Positions 42,028 through 53,273 of a stretch of DNA of 64,000 nt are shown in pieces. Made by a program: the position numbers and the translations under genes. Position 1 is the stretch's first letter. The number at the start of each line of letters is the position of its first letter. A model generated the notes under the pieces. It was given only the letters and a program-made list of their open reading frames with translations, ran no database searches and was not told the DNA's origin. The DNA is from Pelomyxa schiedti (lineage: Eukaryota; Protista; Evosea): positions 1-64,000 of the forward strand of contig JAHLWZ010000725.1 in NCBI GenBank assembly GCA_020536535.1, given 5' to 3'.

Positions 42028-42384
42028 TGGCTTATTGCAATCTGGTAACAAGAGGTATGGATGAATTGCGGTGTGGATTCACACTGTGCTATGCGAGCTT
42101 GGGTTGGTGAGGCTGTGACAGAGCTCTGCCGTTCTCCTGAGCAGCATGAGCCAGATTTGCGGCCCCTAACTTGGAATTTCCGCAAAACTCTGATTTTCGG
42201 GAAGAAATAAGTTGGTCTTTGTTGGTGATGGGTGCCGGATACTCTCAGCCCGTTTTACAGAACCCATGTGCTCAGGGAATCATTACAGGATCTAGTAACA
42301 CGTGTCCTTGAACTGTTGCTTTTGGCCTCAGTCTGGTCTGTGCAGGTTTGATGACCTCCTCCAGATATAATCCGTGCACTCGAG

Positions 42385-44141
42385 ATGGACGCCATGCCGG
42401 CTACACCGCTGTCCCCTCCCACAATTCCCAGCACGGCACGGCGGCCCCACGTGCCCATAACCACCCGCCGACGCAGACCTTCTATTCCCCACAGTCCCAT
42501 AGTTCCCACTACGCCGGCGCCGCGCCGTCCGCATTTAGCTCACCGTAGGCGGCTACGTGAACAACAGCCGTCACACCTACCGTCGGCGCCCATAATCCAG
42601 CCGCGGCAGCCGTTGCTCGCATCCGATACCGACGTCGACTCCGATATCCCATCACCTATTTTTTCTGACAGTACCCCGACTGAGGCGAGTTCAATCACGA
42701 CTGAAACAACATCGACTCCCCCAAATACTGAATTCCAACAATCACTTTTGCCAATGGTGAATAGCCTCACTTCTAGTACAAACATGGAGGATTCTAGCAC
42801 ATGTGATTTTTACACAAACAGTCATACTTCCAATGGGGCAAATGGCCACCCTGTCATGGAAAACACAGGAATGAAGTGTAGCCACAAGGCGGAGGTGATG
42901 GAAGTGACAGCAAAAAAGCCAGTGACTGGAACGCCTCCAGAACGCGGATTATCAACAAGTTGTGAGGAATCAACCACCGTGAATCGAGAGGTTCTGCTTG
43001 CTAGGCCAAGGATGAACTGGGATAATCTTCAGATGTTTAGAAGGACACTTGGCGTTCCTGCCGGTAACTTTTTTAATGTAATCTTTGGCAAACTAAACCA
43101 TTAAAAGGATGCATGTCTAATTCGGACTTAAAACAACTCATCAAGTCAGACAGAACTTCCATGTTTCCTCTCTTTAGTATATCAAAGTCTTTTGAAGAGA
43201 TGAGAAAACAAACGCCCCGGAGTTATGGCGCAATTGAAGGGACCTCTATAAGTGTTGTGGCCCACAGCGGGTATTTCTCAACAACTGTATTTTTGTCTTA
43301 CTTTTACAGATATGCAGTGTGCCTAAAAAAGCAAACCTTTTCGGAATTCGACAAAATATCGCTTCCGCTTCAGGCAGTTCTACCTTTGCTCGCAGAAAAT
43401 TCGGAGTTTCATGTGCAAAACGTGATTTTGTGGGGCTTGGATTTTGTTATGACCCAATACATCCCTGGTTTCTCCCTACGAGAGTATGTTTACCTTAATC
43501 AGCACTACCTTTCGACCATTGAGATTTTACATGTGAGTGCCATTCATCTATTTCGCTTTTTGTGGTGAAAAATACCTTTAGTTGGCCAAAGACATTGTGC
43601 ATTTCGTAGTATTCTTGACTTCTTCCGGTATCATTCCCACAGATTTGAAAGTGCGTATTGCCCGTAACTATTTGACTGGAAATCATGGCCATTCAGAGTG
43701 AAAATGTTGTCATACACAAAGGTACCTTGTATTATATAGACGTATCGGCGTACTTGGAGGGGGAACAGCAAGGTAATTTTACCCTGACATATTTTCCAGA
43801 TGAGCTTTTCAAAGTACTGTATCAAACCATTCCCCCAAGCAATAAAACCGTAAAGTCTGACAAAACCAAAAAAGGTTCCATCCAGGAAGCTGAGAAAATG
43901 GTCAATTGAGTGCACTACCTTCTCACTTGGAGCCATCATCGGGGAGCTTATGTTTGATGACACCTTGGCCGAGTTCGCCAGCCGCACATTGAGTGAGAGG
44001 GACACGGAGCGTCAGCACACACAAACTCTAACTCCCTTGAACACCGGCACGGACCCCAAGCTATTTGAACTTTGGAGTCAGGTACACATCCAAGTTGATA
44101 GAGTAATTTTCTCCCATGCAAACTCAAGTGTTGCCAGATGA
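42385..44141 (+). CDS. Atypical/pseudo protein-kinase-like protein with disordered N-terminus
   Basis: Spliced: YAVCLKK, VMTQYIPGFSLREYV, EILH|LAKDIVHFVVFLTSSGIIPTDLK|SENVVIHKGTLYYIDVS, which follows kinase subdomain II, V, VIb and VII spacing. Confidence 0.65.
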
Positions 44142-44329
44142 CTGAGGCTGAACCCTTTGCAAGGCCACAACTCAAGACTTGCCTGTCAACTCTTGAGGGT
44201 CTCATAAACAAAACCAAAGTCGTTTGAGAATACAGTGGTTCAAAAAAAAAAAAAGAAAGAATAGTTTGACAAAAGAGGTTTTGTTTTTTTTGACAAAAGT
44301 GTGTTGGGTTTTATTGTAGTTGACTAGCT

Positions 44330-45932
44330 TTAGAAAATTTGAATAACAGCATCGTGAATTTTGCTTTTTTGTCCTTGACTCACACACTCAGCAACCCATA
44401 CAACGTTGCGGATCTCTTGCTCTTTGAGTTTTACATATCTACAAAAGGATTACCAAGAGGCTTTGTTGATGGGTAACATACGCATAAAACAAAGCATAAC
44501 CCATTTGGGTGTCAAACGCGGACCTGTTGAGCTCAACTTCATATTCAAAGAATGCATCCTCAAGAGACTTCTCTGTGCCGGGCCCAATGTCGAGGAAGAG
44601 CTTGCGGTAGCTCTACGGAGCAATTAGAAAGGCACAATGGACCTATTTCAAACCAGAATGTGTGAAACAGCCTCTCTGACTTGCTCGGCATCGTCCGCCC
44701 TGGCAAGCTTGATGACTCCGGCTGAAGGTGTAGGTTGGATTATTATTTTGAGATGCATGTCCATTCATACCAGGGTGCAGAAGACCTAATGAAGGATACA
44801 TGGTTGCTCGGTCATCTTTTCCCAGCTCAGTGCCAAATGAGTTAAGTGTAATTGTGATAGATCTTCTGTCAGCTTCAAACTTCAAAAGAAATCAGTACTA
44901 AAAAGGAGGAGTTTGTGGATACGTTGAGAAGCTCGGACATAAGTTCTGCTGTGGCACCTCCAAGGTACTGGCAAAACCTGTTGAAGTCCTCTAGATAGGC
45001 CTTATACAATTTGTTGCGGATAACCTCCACATTCTGCTCGTCAGGGTCAAAGTCCTGTTCGGACATGCACTGGAGAATGTAGGGGCCTATGTTGTGTTAA
45101 ATGGATACTTCAATTTTTATTGTTCCCACCAATGGGTGTATCAACTAGCACATGCTTATAAAGCTCGGAAATGCTTCGGCAAGTTGTGAGACTCCCAATT
45201 GTGCGGAACATTCCAAGTGGGTGGCATCTCTCCAGAAGTTCAGCCGTGTCGCGCTGCAATCGTCAATAAAAAAAACCCTGTGAGTGGACAACCTGGTGAA
45301 GAGCTCCCGTGATAACCAGAATTACGTTATCAATCATGTAGCCATATCTTCAAGTGAATTAGACATCAAACAAAAGAACCAAACCAAGGTAAACCTTATA
45401 TAATCTAGGAAGGTAAACAGGGGCTCGGTTGCGTTGGATCGGATGTAATTGAACTCGTTGACAAACTTCTCAATGCTTTGTACATAAGAAAGAAATAAAC
45501 AAACAAAGGTGCAGTACCATTTGTCCTTAATGGTAGTTGTTGCAAGAGGGGAAGGTTCATTTGCCAAGAAGTCACCATATTCAGTCTGGGCCAAATGCAT
45601 TTTCACGTCTGCCAGAGAAGAGAAGTAGGTCAAACGACAAGCACAAGGAAAATAAAAATAACTGAGAGAAGTGGAGACAATTAGACACCGTCAAGAGAAT
45701 CGCACACAGCCAAATTCGTGTAGTCATTTGCGTTGAGGAACTTGGTCCTGTTGCCCCTTACGAAAGCCTCTAGGAAGCCGTCCTCGATGTTGAACGACAA
45801 TAAGTTGCCGGGCTTGGGGTCGCCGTACATAAAACCGTAGAATCCACTCCTGCCGTCGTCGACCTCTTCGCCCGAGTCGTACAACATCGACACAGCACTG
45901 GAGGTACCACTAGAACCACCCTTTCCGGCCAT
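44330..45932 (-). CDS. ATP6V0D: V-type ATPase V0 subunit d (Vma6)
   Basis: [30 protein letters not shown]|[65 protein letters not shown]. Confidence 0.95.
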
Positions 45933-46522
45933 TTACGATGTTGTGTAGTTGTCGTAGATCTTGTCGGGTCGTGTTTCCGGTGTCGTGTAGTTGCTGCGCC
46001 CTTGCTCCTTGGCGTGTTGTGCAAAATAAAGTTTTCTCCAATTGATCTTTTGATTCGAGCTGCTTCTCTGTGCTATTTTAAACCTTCATCAACGCAGTTG
46101 CCGATTTTTTTTCTTCTGAACTGCTCGAGACGGGTCCTTCCACTCGACTAGAACAGTCCCACAATCTCCTCGATCCCCCTGCGCCCCCTTCGTGCCTGGT
46201 TCTGTTGGTGTCATCATAGTTCCAACTCGCTCTTTTTTACAAAAACAGAAGCAAGCTACATTTATTGTCACTCTCTCAACTCGGGGGTCCTTATGTTCCC
46301 TAAGTTTCCTCACTTTGATCGAGGTGAGTTGTTGCTGCCTGGTCCCCAGCCAAATTGGTTTTCCAGTTTTTTTCCTCACGGAAAATGGAAGTTTGCATTT
46401 TGGTGTTGTGGCCACACGCAGCCTGTACCTTTTTTCGTTGATGACGTCGTAGCGTTGATGTTCTCCGAGCACCCACCAGCCCACAATTTGTATTTCGTTT
46501 CGTCGCACCCCACAGAGGTGAA

Positions 46523-47759
46523 ATGCGAGCTACGCCGCCCGCGGATTACCACAGCGCGCCGTCGGTGCCCCACAGGGGGCGAACGTACCAAGTCACCAGA
46601 TGCGTCGCTATCGTCCTTGTCGTGTGCGTCTCCTCGGGCATCATTGGGTGGGCCTCCGTGATGCCCTACACACAAATGTACGTCACCTACACCCGCGACA
46701 CCTCCGATCTGCGCTGCTGCTGCGAAGGCAGCGACGGCACAAACCTCCTCATTATGGGTGCCGCCCCACATGGACACGCAGCTGCTCCCACACCCACAAT
46801 TGCGGACGGCGGCGGCGGCGCGCCCCCAACAGACACGCCGAGCACCACGAGCGCCGCCCGCCGCGGCATACCCAACCTGGTGCACAACACGTGGAAGGAC
46901 GCCAACTTGCCCACAGCCTTTGCGAGGGCATCGGGATCGTGGAAGTCGTGCACCAAGGGCCACACGATGCTGTGGACTGATGAGGACAACCGCAGGCTCA
47001 TTGCGGAAAAGTTTGATTGGTTCCTGGAGGACTACGACGCTTACAGGTTGGATGGGGATTATGGGATGGGCTGTGGCCGTTCCCCGCTCCTACCTCCTAT
47101 TTATTACTTTTTTTTTTTTACTTTGTTTAGCATTATTAATACCTAAAAACCAAATCAGGTACCCCATTCAGAGAGTTGATGCTGCAAGGCTGTTCATACT
47201 GTACGAGTATGGGGGGATATACTCTGACCTAGACATTGCATGCCGCAATAGGTCCTATGTACAACTGTTAGATTACACTGGTGTGATGTGTGCAACCAGT
47301 CCTGTAGGAGTTTCAAATGACCTGATGATGTTCCCGCCAAAGCATCCTTTCCTGCTACAACTGATCACAGCCCTCAAAGGCTCTTCCCGGAAAAACTATG
47401 TTCTGCCTTACTTGACGGTTATACTAGGCGGGCCATTCTGGGTCTCCTACCAATACCTTTTGTTCAAGGAAAGAGTTGAACAAACCTGTCAATGCATCAA
47501 CGCCAACGCTTCTGCTTGCAGCGCAGAAAACTGGGAACATATACACATCATTCCACCAGGACTGACGAGGAGGTACTTCTTATATTTGAAAGGCAACACC
47601 TGGCAAGCATGGGACTACTCCCTGATTTTACTTTTTGCCAGGCTTTTTTCACACCCCATTAAACTTCTCATATTCCTCTTCGCCTTGTTGTGCATTGTGT
47701 GGATAGTTCTAAGGAAATGCTACAAAAGTAACCACCCTCAGGTCAAACTCAAGGCATAG
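46523..47759 (+). CDS. GT32 DXD glycosyltransferase (MIPC synthase SUR1/CSG1-like)
   Basis: N-terminal TM, IPNLVHNTWK, LWTDED, YDAYR|YPIQRVDAARLFILYEYGGIYSDLD, GVSNDLM..PKHPF, C-terminal TM. Confidence 0.88.
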
Positions 47760-48039
47760 CAAATACCTCCCTAATTCCATACCACCCACATTTTGTAGTT
47801 GTGTGCAACAACTACAACAACAAAAAACACCTAGCAACATATCTTTAGAATTACTTACATTTGAATGACATTTTTTTTTCAAATGTGTTGCACATGGAGT
47901 GTACAACACTCCTCATTTACTTTGTGCAAAAAATACAAAGGGGGTATGATTTGGACCGTTGTGCTGTGAAAGAAAAAAATGTCGTGTACTCATTTGCATG
48001 GTGTATTGGCACCAAGGATGTGCTGGAAATCCTCAGTCC

Positions 48040-48563
48040 TCAGTTTCCCCATGGAGGAACTCCACACTCAAAACCACGGGCTTCCTTCCGTGGGATATGG
48101 CAATGTGCCGGTCGGCAACGCAAAAAAACAGAATATCGCAAGCCCTTTTTGAAGTGAGTGTTAATGCAAGTGCAACCATCGACAATGAACACTGTTCCAG
48201 TACCGTCATAGATAATACTAGTTTCAGTGCGGCCGTAACAGCCCTGCAACTGGGGAAATGAGAGTTTCCTAGTGTTGTTGAAGACAACACTTTGACAGTT
48301 CCAGTCATGAATTGTTGACTCCTTCAAGTTCAGACACATTTAGACAGGTAATAAACCAATCCTTGGAGTTCCTTTTTCCACCCGAGCTACCATCGACGCA
48401 ATCAATCACTTTGTCGATGCAGGAAAAAAGGGGGCTTGGGTGGGGCCAATGTGCTCGATACTCCAAGGCTCACTTCCTTTTGTAGAATTTTGACACACCC
48501 AATCGCGTCTAGAGTGTTGAGTGATCGAGTGGGCAAATGTATTTCGCCTGCCAACGCACCCAT
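48040..48563 (-). CDS. Possible small OB-fold protein (RMI2/STN1-like); exon structure unresolved
   Basis: Spliceable fragments ...CVKIL..., QQFMTGTVK|GCYGRTETSIIYDGTGTVFIV; DGTG is an OB-fold-like motif. Lies head-to-head with CstF77. Confidence 0.25.
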
Positions 48564-48738
48564 CACGTCCGTTTCGGTTTCCGCGAACCCCCAAAGTCTT
48601 CCCTCAAACCTGGTCCATCGTGCTCCAAGCACGAATTGGTGTCGGCATAATTGCCCGGATAATGTGTCAGAGCCATAGGGTAATGCATTCCTCCAGAAGA
48701 ACGACTAAAATAAAAAAAATTACAGCCGTAATTTCATC

Positions 48739-51700
48739 ATGGACTATGAGGAAGAGGAGGATGAAGCGTTGCCTAGTGGTAGTGTCGCAACCACAAACAC
48801 TTCAAGCAACAACGTTGTTACGACCACCAACGCCGTTGCACCAAGTACCGTCGCGGCAACGCCACCGCCCATGGTTCTTTTATCTCCTCTTTTTACGTGG
48901 GCTGTTCGCTGTAACTTTTGTTTTGCTCTTTTCTCTCTCTGACTTGCGCACTAGCAAGTTGTGTCCCCTGGTGGAAGGCAGCAATTTGCTAGTACTTCCT
49001 CCTTCATCCAACGTAAGTGCCATTTCTCACCATACAAGAATTGAATGTATCCCTTCCAAAGGTCTCCTTGGTCCTAGAGGAGCCCCACAACCCAAACAAA
49101 CAGTGGCACTACCTCCGACGTTACTAAACATTAAGGCATCTCCTCAAGATCATCGTACTCCCTCTACTCCAACACCTACTCCCACATTCACCACCACCCC
49201 CTCCCGATCGCCGCAGGGGCCACAGCTCAATGCCACTCCTAAGCAAATTACTGCCACTAAACCACAAGGTGGACAAAGTACTATTGTACAAAATAGACAA
49301 CCTGCACCTCAGCAAGTACACTCACTATCAAATCCACCACCTACTCAAACACCCCCATTGACTCCTGACACTGCCCAAGTGATTCAGAAGCAATCAAATG
49401 AATTACAGCAAGTAAAGCCAAAGCCACCACCCAGAGGTCTACAGCAACCTGCCACTCAATCACCATCAGGTAATCAACGAACACTTCAGAAGCCACCACC
49501 AAATCAGGTCAAGCAAGTAGCTAAGCCTGTGGCAAAATTGTCACCTTCACAACAGCAGGCCAATGCGCCACAGACTCCAACACAGATACAAGCCCAACTA
49601 CACCCGCGACCACAGCAGCACCCACAGGTGCCACTGCAGACCCAGACCCAGACGCAGACGCAGCCACAGACGCAGGCACAGGCCCAGCCACAGCCACAAA
49701 TGCAACCACAGGCACCTCCACCACAGACACAAACCCAATTGCAACTACGAGCACAACTACAAGCCCAACCGCAACCACCATTGCAGCCACAGCAACAACC
49801 TCAAACGCCTCTACAACCCCAACAGCAAACACTTCCACAACCACAGACACTGTTGCAACCGCATCAGCAGGTAACACCAGCTGAACAAACGCAACTTCAG
49901 ATAGAGCAACCAGTTTTGGTGGGTCCTTTTTTTAAATAACATTTGTCAGTTCTCTCTTCTAAGACTGTATTGCCTTTGACTTGCAGGCATCACCAACCAA
50001 AACTGAGCCAAACAACTCCTCATCTACATCATCAACCTGCCTGCAGAATGTAGAAAGACAGGCGATAAAACAAGAAGTAGAGCAAAACAACGAAACTCTA
50101 GCTCAACCTATTGCTGAGTCACAACTGCAAGCAGCCCCAGCGAATTTATCACAAGCACAAACTCTCCCAAATCCAACCACCCAATCTACAACTCCATCTA
50201 CGCATCCCCCCACTGAGTCCCCTTCAATCCCTCCACTTCTTAATCCTACCGAGATCGTCAGAAGTATACCTCACATATCTAAGCCATCTGTTGAATTTCA
50301 AAAAGTTTTCTCTTCTTTCATCTGTCTTCTTTCTTTTCTTCTTTTTCTTTCTGTTTCTTTGTTCCCTTCAGCTTACCTGTTACCAGGCTGAAGAAGAAAT
50401 TCTGACTGATATCTATGATTCTGAAGCTTGGATCATATTATTACGGGAATTAGCAAATGCCAGCACATCGGCTCTTAGCTCTGGGTATAGTACATTCTTG
50501 AAAGTTTTTCCAACATCAGTATGTACTGGCAGTATTGCAAAGTTCCTTATAGTATTCTAGGGGAAATACTGGAAAACCCTAATTGACCTTGAACTAAGAG
50601 AAAAGAATTTTGAGAAGGTAGACGAAATCTTCAAGATGTGTCTTCTGCAGTGCCCCTTTGTGGATCTTTGGAAGGCATACTTGCAGTACATAAAGTTGTT
50701 GACTCTGGATAAACCCACTGCGTATGAAGTCTAACTTCAACAAATCTAATCACCAAAAAAAGACGTGAAGAGTTATCCAAAGCCTATGAGTTCGCACTGC
50801 AACACATTGGATATGATATTGGTGCCACACTCATATGGCTAGAATATCTTGAGCACTTGAAAAGTGAAAAGGTTGCACTTATACTCCAATACTTCTACTA
50901 AATATGTGTAGCCAACAACTCAACGTGAAGAAGGAAATAAAATTGTATTGGTAAGAAAAACTTACCACCGTGCATTGCGTGTACCAATGCATGGCCTAGA
51001 GACTGTCTGGCATGACTACGAAGCCTGGGAAGGCACATTCAATCCCATGATGGTGAGGGAGACACCTTGAACCAATCCAACACACTCTAGGTGAACCGAA
51101 TGACTGAGGAACATTCACCAAGCTACCAGGCAGCCAAAGCCACCTATCGTGACCGCAAGGCACTAATGGACGGCATATCCAGAAACATCTTACCACGGCC
51201 TCCAAGAGGTCTTGATAAGGAAAATCATCAGGTTGGTAATCCATTGAAAGGAAATCGATCAAATTCCAATTTGATTCCAAGGTACAATTATGGAAAAAGC
51301 TCATTGCATTTGAGAAGTCAAACCCTCAACGCCTTAATGAAACCGAGCAAGTTGCGGGAAGGGTAACCTTTACCTATAATCAGTGCTTATTGTCTTTGTA
51401 TCATTATCCGGAAATGTGGTAAGGGAAATTCCACACATCACTTCAAGCCAATACCAAAAGGATTGATGCGGCCACATATCAAGAAGAACGTGCAAATATT
51501 CCAGAAGCATCAGTATTTTATGAAAGGAGTACAATTGCCGTGCCTAATTGTACCCTGTTGTATTTCCTTCATGCCGATATGCTCGAGGCACACAAAAAAA
51601 TTGCGGTTTCTCCCCTTTTTTCTTTACATATATTCACCACCAAACTATGTACCCTGAAGGAAGCTCGTGCGGTCTATGAAAAACTCATGACTATTTCCAG

Positions 51701-53124
51701 TGACCCCTTGGTTTTCATACAATTTCAGCGTTTTGCTCACAGAGCCGAGGTTTTCTTTCATTTCTAGCCTCAAAAAAGAAACCCAACACAACTCCCTTTA
51801 TCTCAAGGGCAAATAGCACCTGCGCAATTAGCACCCTGCTTTAGATTCATGTGGTGGATTTTCCTCTAACAACACCACCTCAACGCAGTCTAAAACAGGC
51901 AATTTTTGACCAATTCTCAGGGGATGCAAGCCGCAAGGAAAGTCTTTCTGAAAGCCCGACAGAGCCCTGGTTGCACATTCCACGTTTATGTCGCCTCAGG
52001 TATCAACACTTTAAATTGAGTTATATCTTATTGCTCCAAGCTTTGCTCGAGTATTTTGTCAACAAGGACACTATTGTTGCACGGAAAATATTTGAATTTG
52101 GACTCAACCAATTTATGCATGAGCCTGGCTACATCCGAGAATATTTTAACGTAATATGGAAAAAACCTGTGTTTTTCTCTCACAAATAATCCAGTTTTTG
52201 TGCCACTTAAACGAGGAGAACAGTATTTCACTTCCTAGTGTTATGTTAATAATTTTTTGAAGATATAAGATCCTTGTTTGAGCGAGTTTTGAGCTCAATG
52301 CCGAAGGATAAGGCTTATGAGACTTGGAATCTATTCATCTCATTTGAGAAAATATGTGGAGACTTGGAATCATTGAATAAGCTCGAGCATAGGCAGCTAC
52401 TGACATATCCAGAAATAGGTGTGTCTCCGTTTTTTGCGGCAAACAATTTACTTTGCTTTTTCTGGTAGACCAAGGGATGATACACCGATTTGTATCAAGA
52501 TATAGGTATCTCGACTTGCTGCCTTGTTCGCAAGGAATTATAGAATCATTTGGTTTGTCCCGCCAGGTTTGAATGTGTTGAATCTGAATCATGGTAGGTA
52601 AAGAGCACGCCTCAGACAGTATTAGTACTTCTAGGACTTCCGGAACTTCACAGGCTCCATTTAGAGACCCAAAGCATCTCGCAAGACCCAATCTCTCCCT
52701 ACTGGTTCCTTATTCTTTCTTATCGCTTTTCATTTTTAACTCTTTGCAACAACAGATCCCTTACCCACCCCCTGAACCATCCTTAACAGGTTTTCTTCTA
52801 ACCAACTCCCATAATAGTACCTAACCGCATCTAGATTTGCCGCCGGCTGTTGCGAATCTGCTGCACATTCTCCCATCAGCTGCCTCCTACACAGGACCAA
52901 TTGTCAACATCGACCAACTCCTCCAGACTCTCTCTGACAGGAAGCGTGGCCGACAAGAAGAGGAAGAGGAAAGCCAACCCGGTATGCTGTTCATTTTTTG
53001 TTTTCAGATTTCCCTCATATCACGCATAGCAGCCACAACAGCCTCTCCTTCGACAGCCAACAGGCCCCCATTGAACGACCTGTATAGAAACAGACAGGCA
53101 GCCAAATACCAACGAATAGGCTAA
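48739..53124 (+). CDS. CSTF3: Cleavage stimulation factor 77 kDa (CstF77/Rna14), HAT repeats, with long Q/P-rich N-terminal extension
   Basis: DIYDSEAWIILL, VFPTS|GKYW, VDLWKAYLQYI, YEFALQHIGYD, LWKKLIAFEKSNP, YNQCLLSLYHYPEMW, ARKIFEFGL, LPPAVANLL, DLYRNRQ. Confidence 0.9.
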
Positions 53125-53273
53125 TCTCTCTTGTTGTTAATTACGCCGTCAAACAAAAATCCAAAGAAATGCATTTTACGCCTTTTATGGGAAATCATCA
53201 CGCACAATTTGATGATGCCTTGATTGTTTTTCGTGATTACAACATCAAAGGGAAAAGCAAACGACGCGCGTCG

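Noticed and set aside
46110-46240. Possible snoRNA in the V-ATPase d / glycosyltransferase spacer (hairpin plus ACA; minus-strand ATGATGA)
   Set aside because: No matching D box or complete H/ACA layout.
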